Source of the DNA: an uncultured Planctomycetota bacterium
GTDB lineage: Bacteria; Planctomycetota; Planctomycetia; Isosphaerales; Isosphaeraceae
DNA length: 64,000 nucleotides
Assembly: GCA_963823665.1 (NCBI GenBank)
Contig: CAWGMQ010000004.1
Span: 1,600,001-1,664,000 of the forward strand
Reading direction: 5' to 3'
A program made the translations under genes and the position numbers. The notes under the pieces were generated by a model. It searched no databases, had not been told where the DNA came from, and saw only the letters and a list, made by a program, of their open reading frames with translations. This document shows, in pieces, positions 28,695 through 39,519 of this stretch (position 1 is the first letter of the stretch; each line of letters opens with the position of its first letter).

Positions 28695-31265
28695 TCACCT
28701 TCTCGGCAAACTCGAAGACCGGCCCTGAAATGGGTCTTCCGGCCAGGAATGCTTCGGATAGCGCCGGCGGAGATCTTTTCTGACCTGGTGGTACGTGGTT
28801 GTCCAGAAGCTCTTGAGGTCGTTCGTGATTTGTACGGGCCGATTGTTCGGGCCGAGAATGTGCAACAGGATGGGCACTCGCCCTCGGGCAACTCGCGGGG
28901 TTTCCGACCAGCCGAAAAGCTCTTGCAGACGCACGGCGAGGATTGGCGGCCGGCCTGGCTCATAAGCGAGTCGAGCCTGTCGCGTGCTGGGCAGGGAAAC
29001 GACCTGGGGCGCGCTCTCGTGCAACTCTCGGTTCTGAGCCGCGTTCAACCGGCCTTGCAAGAACGGAACGAGATCGGTTCGCTCGACCTCGTCAAGCCGT
29101 GATTTTCCTCGGCAGACCGACTCCAGTATCTCGCCGAGCACGTCGTCATCGAACGTGGGCCAGTTGAGTTCCGGCACCGCTCGGCTGACGAATTCGATTC
29201 GTGAGAGGAATTGTGCGGCCGCCGGGTTTTTCCGGAAAAACTCAGCAGCTTGCGGGTGAAGCGCTTCGATAAGATGCGATCCAGCCTGCTCAGACTCAGT
29301 GACAGCACCCGTGTCTTCTCGAAGAAGCAAGTCGTGATACCAGAGCTGGGTCGTGCTGACGACGCGCCGTCGCGATTCGTCGTATCGGGTCAACCGCTCA
29401 CGGCGAAGCTGAGCGGGAAAAAGCTCCTCGACCCATTCGAGCCGGACCATGCTCGCGAGCTTCACTTGTGCGTCGACCCGGGGGCCACGCCGATCCTCAC
29501 GCGCATCAATGGCAACAAAGAACTCGGCATCGCGAACGACGGATTCAGGAGCAAGGCAGACACCACGGCCGCCCACCATCACGCCCGTCCCGGGTGTGTG
29601 ACGGCGCCGGACGAGCCGATCCGGGTAAGCCAGCAGAATCCACTTGAGCAAATCCGCGTCGTCCTCGATGTTGTCCCGCGGCACGATCTCCGGCTTGAGC
29701 GCGGTACGATGACGGAGCAAATCGTCACGCAGCCTGGCAACCTGGTGTGCGGCCGCGTGATCGATGCCCCGACTCCGTAATGAGGGCGCGAACCGGGCTG
29801 CCAGCGCCTCGTCCAGCAGATCGAGGCGGTCAAAGATGTCAGACGCGGCATTCACGGCGCGCTCGCGGGCCGTCTGGCTGCGCGGCTGGCCAGGCTGTTG
29901 ACTGAGCCGGATGTCTTTCTCGGAAAGAAGAGCGGCGATCGAAGCACCCTCACGGGCGCGGCCGCACTCGCTCGCCGCGATGAACAGACGCGCCAGCCGC
30001 GGATGGACCGGCAAACCCAGCATGGCTTGCCCGAGCGCCGTGATTCGAGGGGATTCACCGGCGAGCGCCCCCAGAAGCAGAAGCAATCGCTCAGCCTCGG
30101 CCAGCCTTTCCGGTTTCGGAGCATCGAACCACTCGAATTGCGCGGGGTCGCGAACGCCCCAGGCATGGAGCGCAAGAACGGTGCTCGAGAGGTCGACGAG
30201 GTGAATTTCAGGCTGTTCAAACTCCGGCCGGCCACGGTGCTCGCGCTCGGACCACAGCCGAATGCACGTCCCCGGCGCTGTACGGCCGGCCCGACCGGCG
30301 CGCTGGTCAGCCGACGCGCGACTGATCCGGATTGTTTCCCAGTGGTCCATGCCCCTGGCGCCGTCGTAACGGACAGTCCGCGCCAGACCGCTGTCAAGCA
30401 CGGTGGTAACACCCTCGATCGTGAGCGAGGTCTCCGCGACGTTTGTGCTCAGAATGATCTTGCGGCGATCGCTCGGCCGCAGCGCGCGATCCTGTTCTTC
30501 AGCCGGCAAGGAACCGTGTAACGGAAGCACAACGGCATCAAAGCGCGCGGCGGCCGGCTCGAGACGTCTCGCGAGGCGCCGTATCTCTGCCATTCCCGGC
30601 AGAAAAACCAGCACGTGGCCCGTGGCCCCTCCCTTCAACAGCTCTTCTTCGATCAGGGGTGCGATTTGCTCCGCGTCAGCCGGCCGGTTGATGGGTCGGT
30701 ATTGCACGGTTACAGGGTGTACTCCCCCGTCGACTCGAACAATCGGGCAGGCGTCCAGATAATTCGAGACCGCCTCGGCGTCCAGAGTCGCCGACATCAC
30801 CATCAGGATCAAGTCCGGGCGCACGGTCTGGCGCACCTGTCGCAGAAAGGCCAGTGCCAGGTCGCTATTCAGGTTGCGCTCGTGAAACTCGTCGAGCACG
30901 ACCGCACCGATCTTTTCCAGAAACGCGTCCGCCAGGAGCTGCCGTGTCAGCACGCCTTCCGTGACGAATCTCAATCGTGTGCGCTTCGAGAACCGTCGTT
31001 CGAATCGAATCTGAAAGCCGACCTCCTCGCCCAGAATCCAGCCGCGTTCCGCAGCGATTCTTGCCGCGCTCGCGCGGGCCGCGACTCGCCTGGGCTGGAG
31101 CACGATCACGGATGGATACTCGGCCGTCAGCAGCCCCGATTGCAGGATCGCCGGCGGCACCCGTGTCGTCTTGCCGGAGCCTGGGGGCGCTACCAGGACC
31201 AGTGACCGCCCCGAAAGTCGATCGATGATCTCCGGAAGGCTCGAATCAACTGGAAGCGGGTCCAT
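28695..31265 (-). CDS. hrpB: ATP-dependent helicase HrpB
   Basis: APPGSGKTTRVP, QPRRVAAR, DEFHER, MSATL, TNVAETSLTI, QRAGRAGR; C-terminal LQELFG...RPVQIT.DL.SFW...Y..VRKDLRRRYPKHSWPEDP. Confidence 0.95.
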   Translation of the reverse strand: MDPLPVDSSLPEIIDRLSGRSLVLVAPPGSGKTTRVPPAILQSGLLTAEYPSVIVLQPRRVAARASAARIAAERGWILGEEVGFQIRFERRFSKRTRLRFVTEGVLTRQLLADAFLEKIGAVVLDEFHERNLNSDLALAFLRQVRQTVRPDLILMVMSATLDAEAVSNYLDACPIVRVDGGVHPVTVQYRPINRPADAEQIAPLIEEELLKGGATGHVLVFLPGMAEIRRLARRLEPAAARFDAVVLPLHGSLPAEEQDRALRPSDRRKIILSTNVAETSLTIEGVTTVLDSGLARTVRYDGARGMDHWETIRISRASADQRAGRAGRTAPGTCIRLWSEREHRGRPEFEQPEIHLVDLSSTVLALHAWGVRDPAQFEWFDAPKPERLAEAERLLLLLGALAGESPRITALGQAMLGLPVHPRLARLFIAASECGRAREGASIAALLSEKDIRLSQQPGQPRSQTARERAVNAASDIFDRLDLLDEALAARFAPSLRSRGIDHAAAHQVARLRDDLLRHRTALKPEIVPRDNIEDDADLLKWILLAYPDRLVRRRHTPGTGVMVGGRGVCLAPESVVRDAEFFVAIDAREDRRGPRVDAQVKLASMVRLEWVEELFPAQLRRERLTRYDESRRRVVSTTQLWYHDLLLREDTGAVTESEQAGSHLIEALHPQAAEFFRKNPAAAQFLSRIEFVSRAVPELNWPTFDDDVLGEILESVCRGKSRLDEVERTDLVPFLQGRLNAAQNRELHESAPQVVSLPSTRQARLAYEPGRPPILAVRLQELFGWSETPRVARGRVPILLHILGPNNRPVQITNDLKSFWTTTYHQVRKDLRRRYPKHSWPEDPFQGRSSSLPRR

Positions 31266-31390
31266 CGGCTGCTCGTTCGGTGCCCCTGATCGATTCGGCT
31301 CGCCGGCGGGCGCGCTGCGAGTGCTCCCACAGGCGTGCATTCCGCGCGCTCACCAAGGGCTTCCATCAGACTCGTGCCGGCGATGGCTTG

Positions 31391-33358
31391 TCAAATCGCG
31401 GTCGGAAGTATCGACGTCTTGGCTGGGATCATCGGCCCGCCGGGATTGACAGCCGCCGCCGCGGCCGCTTTTGCGGCCGCGTTGTGTTTGTTCTTCAGGG
31501 TCGCCTTGAAATCGCCCCCCTTGAGGAAGCGATCGGGTATCGGGACCAGGTGGCCGTCGATGAACTTGTAGAATGTCCCGCCCGGCGGCAGCGTATTGAG
31601 CAAGGCCGTACGCCGGCGCGGCTTGCCGGCGAAGATGATGGTCGTTGCCTTGCTGGGCTTGAACTTGACCTTGCCGGCCAGGCCGATGAGCTGGTTCGGA
31701 CCCGGGCCGCCGATCAGCGTCGTGTGCCCGAACCAGCCGTGTTCGCGGGTCGGCGCGCCCCCGCCCGTCAGGAACGCGACGTTGCCGTGCCCACTATCGA
31801 TCGTGGTCGCGACCTTCACGCTCGGATCGATGACGATCTGGTTCCGCGCCGTGCGCCCGCCGAAGACGATGATCCGGTTGATGTCGTCGATCCCGGGCTG
31901 GGTCGAGTCAAGCTCTCCGTTGATATTCACCTGAATCACGGCTCCGCCATTGGCCGAGGCGTCCGCGACCTGAGCGACGAAGATATGGTTCTTTCCGTGA
32001 TACTTGGGCGGAGGCTGTACGACCAGCGCCGAGCCGATGATCCTAACGTCTCCCGTCGCTTCCGCTCCGACCACGATTGTTACCTTGCCCGGATTGCTCA
32101 CGGTGGTCGCTGGTGTACTCTCGGGACCGGTTGCCGTGACCTGGTAATTTAGCGTATCGGTGCCGAGGTACCCGGTGTCGGGCGTGTACGTGAACGTTCC
32201 GGTTGATGAGTTGAAGTTGCTGATCGTGCCGTGCGTCGGTTGACTGAGCAGCGCGTAACTGAGCGTGCTTGGCGTCGACGTGTTGGGAAACCCGCTCTGG
32301 CCGTTGAGCTGCACCTGTCCCGGAGTGTTCTGAGCAACGGTGCCGGTCGTCGCGTTGGCAAAAGGCCGGAAGTTGATTGTCGGGCTGGCCGGCCCGCCGT
32401 ACGCACCCACCGTCACCATGAACGATTGAGACATGGTCGAGGTGCCGTCATGGGCGGTGACGGTGATCGTCGCGGTTTCGCCTGGCATCGCCTGGGTCGT
32501 GTCGATCAAAAGGGTGCCGTTGGGATTCGTGTCTGAAAGCGTCGCGGACGTGATCGTCAGCGCCGAATTCGTAACCGGCTGTGAATTCTCTCCGGTGACC
32601 GTGTTGTCCATGACCGGGACCTGGGTCATCTGGCCAAGGGTAGTCGTTCCCGTGAGCATCTGGCCGAAGACCGTGTAGCCGTATCCGAGCTGGGAGTTCA
32701 GCGACCCGGTGTTGATGAAGAACTGTGTGTCGTTACTGTCGGTCCCGCCGCTATTGGCCATGGCGATCTGATTGATGCCAGAAAGCGGCAGTTGTTGCAG
32801 GTTCTCGTTGGCAAACGGCGTTCCCGGCTGCCCGCTGCTCCCACTTCCGGTGTCGCTCAGCGAGCCTCCTTGAACGACGAAAAACGTCGTGCCGCCGAAG
32901 TCCGTAACGATGCGAGGGAAGAATGTATTATTATAGAAACCATCATTGGTGAATTCGTTGATCATATTCGCGGTGTTCGGCGTGAGGTCGTTGAACAACT
33001 GAAACGTTAGACTGCCCGTGAAGTCGGCGTGGGGGGTAGTTGTGCTGGTGTTGGTGTAGGAAATGCCGAGTGTCCAGAACTGGCCCTGAATGATCGAGGC
33101 GGCGATGTCCGGATTGCTGGAAGTGACGGTGAATGTCTGGGGGTCCGTCTGCCCGGTGTTGGCAAGTAATGGCTGTGTGTAGCCCTGCTGCGCCGGGACG
33201 GTGAGGTTCGAAATCGATTGCAGAGTGGCAGCCAGTAGTTGACGGTCCTCGAGCGCCTCGCACTGCGGCTGCTGGCTCAAGCGACGGCCTGGCTTTCTGG
33301 TGGTTTCCCCGGACTGTCGCTTCAAGTTGGAACCGTCGACCCTGTTCCGGTGCCACAT
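31391..33358 (-). CDS. Extracellular cyclophilin-type peptidyl-prolyl isomerase with LExRxLL motif and Ig/cadherin-like domain
   Basis: AGGAGG RBS; EALEDRQLL; TPNTA..., FPRIV, VVQGG, IAMANSG..SNDTQFFI, YTVFGQ; PTHGT...FTYTPDTGYLGTD. Confidence 0.85.
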   Translation of the reverse strand: MWHRNRVDGSNLKRQSGETTRKPGRRLSQQPQCEALEDRQLLAATLQSISNLTVPAQQGYTQPLLANTGQTDPQTFTVTSSNPDIAASIIQGQFWTLGISYTNTSTTTPHADFTGSLTFQLFNDLTPNTANMINEFTNDGFYNNTFFPRIVTDFGGTTFFVVQGGSLSDTGSGSSGQPGTPFANENLQQLPLSGINQIAMANSGGTDSNDTQFFINTGSLNSQLGYGYTVFGQMLTGTTTLGQMTQVPVMDNTVTGENSQPVTNSALTITSATLSDTNPNGTLLIDTTQAMPGETATITVTAHDGTSTMSQSFMVTVGAYGGPASPTINFRPFANATTGTVAQNTPGQVQLNGQSGFPNTSTPSTLSYALLSQPTHGTISNFNSSTGTFTYTPDTGYLGTDTLNYQVTATGPESTPATTVSNPGKVTIVVGAEATGDVRIIGSALVVQPPPKYHGKNHIFVAQVADASANGGAVIQVNINGELDSTQPGIDDINRIIVFGGRTARNQIVIDPSVKVATTIDSGHGNVAFLTGGGAPTREHGWFGHTTLIGGPGPNQLIGLAGKVKFKPSKATTIIFAGKPRRRTALLNTLPPGGTFYKFIDGHLVPIPDRFLKGGDFKATLKNKHNAAAKAAAAAAVNPGGPMIPAKTSILPTAI

Positions 33359-33623
33359 ACAATACCTCCTGCAAGCTCGATTCACGCGGTCATCCAACCG
33401 CAGCTCGTCGCGCTCGGGCGGCGCGGAGCCCCAACGTGACTTCCTATGTATCGGTTCTGCACTTTGCGTTGCTTGACCAGGATGCTCGAACGCAGCGCAT
33501 TGCCTGGTGCCGGCCCGATCGATACGCGACACCGTGAGCCGATCTGCCGCGTTCGCGGGTTCAGTCCCGTAACCTAGATCCTTTCGTTGCTTATACTTCC
33601 GTGAAACAACCCGGGGCACCTGA

Positions 33624-33652
33624 TTGACACCGGCACCGGGCTTTCCTATAGT
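33624..33652 (+). promoter_or_regulatory. Near-consensus sigma70 promoter for the downstream kinase
   Basis: TTGACA (33624-29), 17 nt, TATAGT (33647-52). Confidence 0.7.
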
Positions 33653-33734
33653 ATGGCTGGACTGTTGGAATGCATGCAATTCCCTATCCGATCCCACGTC
33701 GCGATCGATTCTTCTCGAATGCCGGTCTTCTCGA

Positions 33735-36700
33735 ATGCCGGGCAAGGACGTAACTACTGGGGATGAACCCCGAACTGTAGAGCACGAGTCGATGCCGATC
33801 CCCGACCAGCCCAACCCCCGCGATGAGACCGCCTCCTTGCCGCAAGGCGCCCGTGCGCCTGTTGCGGAGGATGGAGCGGGGGTGTCGAGCTCCGACGGGT
33901 CGCCGACGGTGCACCGAAAGCCGGGCAGCTCGTCACAAAATCGATCGGCGACTCCACCCGCAGCCCTCCAGACGGCCGGGGTCTTTCCTCTACCCGGCGA
34001 GGTGCTGGACGGTTTCGCGATCGAAGAAGTGATTGGCGTGGGGGGGATGGGTGCGGTCTACCGCGCCCTCGACACGAAACTGGATCGTCAGGTTGCCCTC
34101 AAGCTACTGCCTCCCGATCAGGGCGCCGATCCCGAGGTCGTTGCGCGGTTTTACCAGGAAGGCCGATCGGCAGCGCGGCTGGATCACGAGAATATCGCCC
34201 GGGTGTATTCCATCGGGCAGCACGGGGCCTTCCACTTCATTGCCTTCGAGTTCATCGAAGGCGAGACAGTTCGCGCGCGCACCGAGACCGCAGGCGCGCT
34301 GCCGGTGAGCGAGGCCGTGCACATCGCGCTGGAAATCGCTCACGCTCTCGTGCATGCGTCCGAACGAGGCGTGGTGCACCGCGACATCAAACCCTCGAAC
34401 ATCATCATCACGTCCACTGGCCGGGCGAAGCTCGTCGATATGGGGCTGGCGCGCCGATTCGAGCGCGGCGGTGATAACGGGCTCACTCAAAGCGGCATGA
34501 CGCTGGGCACATTCGACTACATCAGTCCCGAGCAGGCTCGCGACCCTCGCGACGTGGACGTGCGCAGCGATTTGTATTCGCTGGGCTGCACCATGTTTCA
34601 GATGTTGACCGGCCGTCCCCCTTTCCCTGGTGGAACTGTCCTTCAAAAACTCATCCAGCACCAGGAAGAGCCTGCCCCGGACGTTCGAACGCTCAATCCG
34701 CAGGTTCCCGCCGAACTGGCCGGAATGATCGCCAAGCTCATGGCCAAGGACCGTGATCGCCGCTATCAGACGCCGGAGCATCTGGTCCGCGATCTGCTGG
34801 GCGTTGCCGGCTCGATCGGCTTGACGCCGCCGTCTTTCTCTTTCCCGGGCTGGCAGGCTGAAGGCACTCGTCACTCCTGGGAGCGCAACCTCATCTGGCT
34901 GGTGCCGGTCGCCGGGCTGGCCGCTACGGTTCTGGGTCTGGCATGGTGGGGTCGAGACCTGGCCCGGACATCGTCGCGCTCGCCGCGACAGGCCGATTCG
35001 GCCGCCACGCGCCGCTCGAGCGACCTGGCGAATGATTCGGGCTCGCCGTTATCTGGGTCCTCAGCGGGAGTGTCCGAGCGGCCCAGCAGCAACGAGGCGG
35101 CGAGCTCGGCACCGGTTTACTCTCGCAACATCCCGGTCAGCTCCAATGAAGACCTCCTCGAAATCCTCGCAACGGCACCCCGCAGGTCCGTGATCGTTCT
35201 TTCCGACGACGGGCCCTACCAGATCGGTGGCCGCGCCTGGTCCTTCCGAGCACCTGCTCCGATTTCGAATGCAGACTTGACGATCAAGGCCGAAGCTGGA
35301 GTCCGCCCGGTACTGAAATTTACCTCTCAGTCGCGCCTGGCCGATCGCCCGCCCGCGAACTTGCTGCGTTTCGTAGGCGGTCATGTGACCATCGAAGGCG
35401 TCGCGTTCGAGCTCGACGTCGTTCTGCCCGACGAGCCCGTCGCCGCCATAGGAGCCGATGGCACCGAACTGACGCTCCGAGGTTGCTCGTTCAGGCGCAC
35501 GAATTCGCAGGAAGGCAGGAATGTCGCCGCAGTCTCAATCCGTCAAATGCACCCTCCAGCCTCTGCCGGTGACCGGCCGCCGGCGGTGTTCGTGGATATG
35601 TGCCACTTCGACGGAGGTCAGACCGCGATCCTCGCAACCGGCCCCGCTGACCTGGCCCTCCGAGACTGTACGATGGGGCCTGGCCAGCCATCGATCTGGC
35701 TGGACAACACCGGCTCGAGTTCACCGGTCTTCGCCGAGCTTCGACTTTCACATTCGAGCATCATGACCGGGAGTGACCCCGTGTTTCGGTTCGACGGCAG
35801 CCAGGTCCGCGTCTGGGTGGACGACTGCGTCGTTGCGCCGGTCGGCAGGTCCAGCGCAACGCTCGTCATGATCGACAATCCGCGTTATCTCAACTGGCAC
35901 GGCCGTTCCAACCTCTATTCCAGAATTGAAGTCTTTCGAAGCCTGCTCGGGTGCAGCGGAGCGCCAGGAGCCGATCGTCGATTTCGCGAGCTGGATGGAA
36001 ACCAATACCGATCGTCGCGAGTCTGGCTCCAGGATGCTAGCCGCCTCGGTATGGGACGCTGCCGATCCTTCCACCGCTCTCGCCGCAGAACGTGACAACC
36101 CGACCCGCGCCTTTCAGTTGGATCAGGCAGTGGCCCAAACCAGCGATGCCGGCGCTCACCGCGGGCCTTTCGGCTCGATTCTCAGAAACGCCAACATCGC
36201 CAGCCACCCTCGGGATACGGTTGACGAGGCGCCGCCTGGCTCAACTCGCCGCACCGAAGAGCTCGCGCTCGAATCGTAACCGAAGCGAGCCTGCCGTTAC
36301 GAACGCTGAACCGGCCAAGACGCCGGCTCCGATGCCTATCGCGACAGCAAACAATCCGGCACTCGGGCCGTTGGAAGATGACGCGGCGGATCCCCCCCCA
36401 ATGCCACTCATGCCGCCGACGTCGCAAACCACAACAAACGCGGTGGAAGCGTCCCCGAATGGAGCAGAAATCGCATCTTCCGCGCCGGACAATCGCGGCG
36501 CGAGGAGGCCGATCGGTCAGTGCGGGCGCAGACAGTCCGTCGTCGCCCCAGCGTGATCGCCGTCCCGCGGCGCTCTCGGACCAGGGAATCATCCACAATA
36601 GCGAGGAGTTGCTCGCACAGCTCCGTCGGATCGGAGGGCAGGGCGGCGTGATCCGGATCGCCGCCGATGCTGTTCTCGATCTGCCCACGATTGCCCTCGA

Positions 36701-37736
36701 GGGAACCGGCCGGATCCAACTTCTGGCCGAGCCCGGTGTCAAGCGGCCCCTGGTCCGTTTCCGGCCGGCGCAATCCGTTCAACGTTCGCCGGCGGATTGG
36801 ACGGTCATGGTTGACCTCCGCGCGGGGTTCCTCCATCTTGAGGGAATCGATGTAGTCGTTCCCGACATCGAGACTCTACGAACACATCGCGTGGCGGCAG
36901 TGGGTCTTCTCCCGGGAGCCGAGCTGACGATGACCAACTGCTCCTTGACCGTGGCAATCAATCGGCCCGGAGCCGACCTGCTCGTCGTTCAGCCCGAGGT
37001 CGCGACCGCGACAACCCCCGCCTTGGGTGGAAGCTCCGGGCAGAGCGCAGTGATTCGTCTGAGGGATTGCTTCATTCGTTCGGGTGGCGAGGGTGTCGCC
37101 GTTGCCGCTGGCCGCAGGATCGATCTGGAGCTGTCCAACGTACTCGCCGCCACTGACGGGAGTCTCCTCCATGCTTTCGGAGGCGCCCGATCCGGGCACG
37201 CCGACTCGCCGGCGCTGAAATTTCACCTGAACCACGTCACGGCTCGCATCAAGGGCGGGCTGCTCCACCTCGAGAGCACGCCCGAGGAGCCAGAGCTGCC
37301 ATTCACGTCGATCCTCGCGGAAAGCACAATTCTGACAACAGCCAACCACGACGATCCCTTGTTCCGGCTCGATGGCCGTGATGAGTCGGATGATCTGGCT
37401 AACAAAATCCAGTGGGAAGGCCGAAAAGTCGCCTACGACCGGATCAAGACTTACCGCCGCGATGAAATCGCCAAGATCGGAGGCATTCCCAAAATCTACA
37501 ACCGCGCCGACTGGACGAGTGCATTCCTTCCCAAGGACGATGCTCCCATCCTGGGCGATGTGAGGTTTCTCCGCGACATCGACCCTGGACAAGCCGCCTG
37601 GAAGCTGGAGCGCGATGACCTCCGGCTCTCCCCGCAGAGCCCCCTGGGCGACGCGGGCTCGGACGTCAGCCGCATTCCCCAGCCTCCAGACCCGGGCAGT
37701 CTCGACAGTTCGCGTCCCACCACCGGGCGAGAGTGA
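33735..37736 (+). CDS. Large membrane Ser/Thr kinase with two extracytoplasmic beta-helix-like domains (~3 apparent frameshifts)
   Basis: IGVGGMGAVY, VALKLL, HRDIKPSNI, DMGLA, GTFDYISPEQ; TM LIWLVPVAGLAATVLGLAWW; related domains (AEAGVRPVLKF / AEPGVKRPLVRF). Pieces in ORFs ending 36095, 36279, 36556 and 37736. Confidence 0.8.
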
Positions 37737-37751
37737 GCCGCCGCCGCCGCG

Positions 37752-38942
37752 TTACTCGCCCCGACCATCGATGAGGCTTTCGAGCTCGTGAGCTGCCCGA
37801 GAAATGTTCCCGGCACGGAGCTCGTCTCGGGCACTGGCCAGTTTCTCGACGTGCGCGGCACGGAAGGGAACAGCCTCGCCGGGAGATGGCGCAGCGGGGA
37901 CCATTCGCTCGATCATCGATTCGACGAGCGCGTCCATGCCGTCGCCGCGCTCGGCCGAGACCGTCACGGGCGGCGTGGTGCGCAGGCCGATGTCGCCGAC
38001 GTTCCAGGCCGGCTGGAGATCCGCCTTGTTGGCAACCAAAAGCGCATTCGTGATGGTCGCGATCAACTGCTGGTCGATCGGCTGTAGACTCTCCGACCGA
38101 TCAAGCACCAGCAGAACCAGATCGGCGTCGCCAAGCTCCCGCCCGGCACGTTCGATTCCCAGTAATTCGATGGCATCATCCGTCGCCCGCAGGCCAGCCG
38201 TATCCGTGAGGTCCACGGGCCAGCCTCCGAGTGCGGTTCGGAAGGCGATCACATCACGCGTCGTTCCCGGGGTGGCGTCGACGATGGCGCGCGAAAAACC
38301 GCAAAGTGCATTGAGCAATCGGCTCTTACCCACGTTGGGTCGCCCGGCGATGACGACCTTCCACCCGGATAGAAGATGCAGCCCGACGGCCGAGCGCTCG
38401 ATGAGTGCATCCAGACGAGCACAGGCGACCGCCGCATCCTGCTCAGCCAGCATGACTATGCCCGCGATCTCGTCCCGCAAGGCGCCGTGGAACTGATGGA
38501 GCAAAATCTCGGCAGTGAGCACCGTCGGCGCGTGTGCCAGGTCCTCTAGTGCCTCCGCCGAGAGCCCGTCATTGCCCGGGTGATCGAACCGAGGGATTTC
38601 CCAGCGTCCGCCGCGCCGCACGCCTGCGTGCTCGAGCGATTGAAGCACCGATTCGACCGCCGCCACACCGCCGTGACACTGAATCTCGACCGCCGGAACC
38701 TCGGTTTCGTTCAGCACGGCGACAACAACTTCGTCGCCCAGACCCGCACCCATCCGCCCCACTCGCAGCCGCCCGGAAACATCCTTATCGAGTGGCGTCG
38801 CTGTGTACGGGCGAAAGCCAAGACCGACAGCCTCGATTGCGCCTTCACCCCAGACCCGAATCACCGCGATGGCGCCTCGGCCCGCGGCCGTCAACACGGC
38901 GAAGAAGGGTCCGTTGTTCGAATGCTCGAGGCTTGCGTTCAA
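37752..38942 (-). CDS. mnmE: tRNA modification GTPase MnmE/TrmE-like
   Basis: LTAAGRGAIAVIRV; EIQCHGG; G1 GRPNVGKS; PGTTRD; DTAGLR; NKAD; VSA..G.G. Confidence 0.8.
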   Translation of the reverse strand: MNASLEHSNNGPFFAVLTAAGRGAIAVIRVWGEGAIEAVGLGFRPYTATPLDKDVSGRLRVGRMGAGLGDEVVVAVLNETEVPAVEIQCHGGVAAVESVLQSLEHAGVRRGGRWEIPRFDHPGNDGLSAEALEDLAHAPTVLTAEILLHQFHGALRDEIAGIVMLAEQDAAVACARLDALIERSAVGLHLLSGWKVVIAGRPNVGKSRLLNALCGFSRAIVDATPGTTRDVIAFRTALGGWPVDLTDTAGLRATDDAIELLGIERAGRELGDADLVLLVLDRSESLQPIDQQLIATITNALLVANKADLQPAWNVGDIGLRTTPPVTVSAERGDGMDALVESMIERMVPAAPSPGEAVPFRAAHVEKLASARDELRAGNISRAAHELESLIDGRGE

Positions 38943-38943
38943 G

Positions 38944-39137
38944 GGCTGCAGGCTCCCCCGATCTGCACCATCTGCACGAGGTCAGTTGCCTCACGGTACA
39001 CGGCGCGGCGAAGTTCGGAAAGCTTCTCGTTTCCAACAGGAATTAGTGAACAACGCCCTAGCCCACGAGGGGACGAACTCCTGCACCGCAGCCTTCAACC
39101 TGATCGATCCTTGAGTAACTTGTTGTCAGCTACAGCC
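38944..39137 (-). ncRNA. Candidate rod-shaped structured RNA (6S-like), 194 nt
   Basis: Nested pairings on the minus strand: GGCUGUAG/CUGCAGCC, UCGAUC/GAUCGG, CUGCG/UGCAG, AGUU/AACU, CCUCGUGG/CCGUGAGG, GGCG/CGCC, GUUC/GAAC. The G-U pairs become A-C mismatches on the plus strand. Confidence 0.5.
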
Positions 39138-39243
39138 AGCCGCCATACAATCTCGCTTCGAAAGTCAGGCGCGACGGATTCAGCGTTGGGCACTCCCAAG
39201 CGTCGGACGGCCTGGACCCGTCCCAGAGCCGTGGGACGCTCTC

Positions 39244-39512
39244 ATGCTCCAAACGCCTCCTGAGTCGAGGTTTGTCCCTGGGACACGCGTCCGCGTCACG
39301 CACAGCGTCCGCGTCGGTGACAGGCGCTGGCAAACGCAGGTCGAGGGGGTCGTCGAACTGGAAGGCACCCGGCCGGTCGGCGGGATGGAGATGGGGGGAA
39401 AAGCGTCGTACTGCTTGCAGCCCACGATCCGCCTGAAGCGCGACGACGGCGAAACGACCGTCGTCGCTCTCGACGGCGGCACCCGAGTCGAGGAAGTCTC
39501 CGCGGCGGCTAG
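39244..39512 (+). CDS. Small beta-rich (SH3/Sm-like) hypothetical protein; runs in frame into the next gene as sequenced
   Basis: PGTRVRVTHSVRVGDRRWQTQVEGVV...IRLKRDDGETTVVALD; an out-of-frame TAG at 39510-39512 suggests one indel fused two genes. Confidence 0.55.
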
Positions 39513-39519
39513 CCCGACC

